Positions 1 through 217 of a stretch of DNA of 217 nt are shown here, one piece after another. The first letter of the stretch is position 1, and each line of letters opens with the position of its first letter. The stretch is from Escherichia coli. GTDB taxonomy: Bacteria > Pseudomonadota > Gammaproteobacteria > Enterobacterales > Enterobacteriaceae. The translations under genes were made by a program, and so were the position numbers. Location: the NCBI RefSeq assembly GCF_003334765.1, contig NZ_QOWT01000149.1, one strand, 5' to 3'. Below the pieces are notes generated by a model that was not told the origin of the DNA, did not search any database, and saw only the letters and a program-made list of their open reading frames with translations.

Positions 1-63
1 CCGGACCATCTGATAGTCGGTGGCAGCCAGGTTTTCTCCTTTGCGGAACACGGTCTGCTTTAA
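1..63 (+). CDS. yeeS: 3' end of a RadC-like (JAB/MPN-domain, YeeS/YfjY-family) protein; 5' end lies upstream of the window
   Basis: Frame 1 reads without stops from position 1 to TAA at 61-63, giving PDHLIVGGSQVFSFAEHGLL*. This matches the C-terminal pattern I recall for RadC-family proteins (DH-L/I-I-V/I-G ... S-F-A-E-x-G-L/W-L/I). The symbol is assigned by synteny with the downstream DUF987 gene, not by sequence identity; the paralogs yfjY and ykfG cannot be excluded. Only 20 codons are visible. Confidence 0.75.
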   Translation, partial: PDHLIVGGSQVFSFAEHGLL

Positions 64-64
64 C

Positions 65-91
65 CCGTCACCGTCACCACCACATCACACC
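65..91 (+). repeat. C/A-rich short tandem repeat tract in the intergenic spacer (CCGTCA x2, then CAC/CA units)
   Basis: Direct reading: CCGTCA at 65-70 and 71-76, followed by CCACCACATCACACC at 77-91. The tract is almost devoid of G and T. Function, if any, is unknown. Confidence 0.4.
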
Positions 92-117
92 TGTTTTCAC
101 TTTTATCTTCTGTCTTC

Positions 118-122
118 AGAGG
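118..122 (+). promoter_or_regulatory. Shine-Dalgarno / ribosome-binding site for the downstream DUF987 gene
   Basis: AGAGG at 118-122 lies 9 nt upstream of the ATG at 132-134, which is acceptable spacing for base pairing with the 16S rRNA anti-SD. Confidence 0.55.
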
Positions 123-131
123 TATCACACC

Positions 132-217
132 ATGAAAATCATCACCCGTGGTGAAGCCATGCGTATTCACCAACAACATCCGACATCCCGTCTTTTTCCG
201 TTCTGTACCGGTAAATA
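132..217 (+). CDS. yeeT: 5' end of a DUF987 / YeeT-family small protein of unknown function (about 73 aa in full-length homologs); 3' end lies downstream of the window
   Basis: ATG at 132-134 is preceded by the AGAGG SD and is the first canonical start in this frame. The frame is open to the window end, giving MKIITRGEAMRIHQQHPTSRLFPFCTGK plus a partial codon. This matches from memory the N-terminus of E. coli YeeT (MKIITRGEAMRIHQQHPTSRLFPFCTGKYRWHG...). The paralog ypjJ cannot be excluded from this fragment alone. Confidence 0.85.
   Translation, partial: MKIITRGEAMRIHQQHPTSRLFPFCTGK

Noticed and set aside
64-117. Rho-independent terminator after the RadC-like stop codon.
   Set aside because: The T-rich stretch at 92-117 is not preceded by any GC-rich inverted repeat able to form a stable stem.
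96-128. Possible sigma70 promoter elements in the spacer: TTCACT (96-101) as a -35-like hexamer, and TTTTAT/TATCTT (101-109) or TATCAC (123-128) as -10-like hexamers.
   Set aside because: Every candidate matches consensus at only about 4 of 6 positions, and no pairing gives a 16-18 bp spacer with a reasonable -35. The TATCAC candidate overlaps the SD-to-ATG spacing region. This is not enough to call a promoter.
159-161. Internal in-frame ATG (Met10) as an alternative start for the DUF987 protein.
   Set aside because: It has no SD-like sequence at the appropriate distance. The upstream ATG at 132 has a good SD and gives the N-terminus MKIITRGEAM that matches the family.
60-179. Antisense ORF on the minus strand: ATG (plus-strand CAT at 177-179) reading down to a stop (plus-strand TTA at 60-62), about 39 codons, and open toward the window end.
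   Set aside because: It is the mirror image of the stop-free sense frame. I found no SD-like sequence for it and it overlaps two well-supported sense genes. It is most likely a spurious shadow ORF.
3-217. The frame containing the DUF987 gene (frame 3) has no stop codon anywhere from position 3 to 217, so it overlaps the RadC-like 3' end and the whole spacer. This could be read as a longer ORF or as a frameshift fusion with the upstream gene.
   Set aside because: There is no ATG, GTG or TTG in this frame upstream of 132. The upstream gene ends cleanly in frame 1 with a family-typical C-terminus. The stop-free run is adequately explained by the C/A-rich, stop-poor composition of the spacer. 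ATG 132 with its SD is the supported start.
1-217. A novel or previously undescribed biological system in this window.
   Set aside because: Everything in the window is accounted for by two partial genes of recognisable, frequently observed families and their short spacer. Novelty, if any, lies in the unknown biochemical function of DUF987, not in an unrecognised locus.

Overview
This 217-bp window is a gene junction on the + strand, and I see no evidence in it for a novel system. Positions 1-63 are the last 20 codons plus TAA stop of a RadC-like (JAB/MPN-type, YeeS-family) protein, with C-terminus PDHLIVGGSQVFSFAEHGLL*. Positions 64-131 are a 68-nt C/A-rich intergenic spacer holding a short tandem repeat and a Shine-Dalgarno (AGAGG, 118-122). 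Positions 132-217 are the 5' end of a small DUF987/YeeT-family protein (MKIITRGEAMRIHQQHPTSRLFPFCTGK...), which runs off the window. From memory, this gene pair sits immediately upstream of CbeA/CbtA (YeeU/YeeV)-type toxin-antitoxin pairs in enterobacterial cryptic prophages such as CP4-44 and CP4-57, so the window most likely lies in a horizontally acquired island. The real open question is the unknown function of the DUF987 protein. All identifications rest on my own translation and recall of these families; no database search was run.
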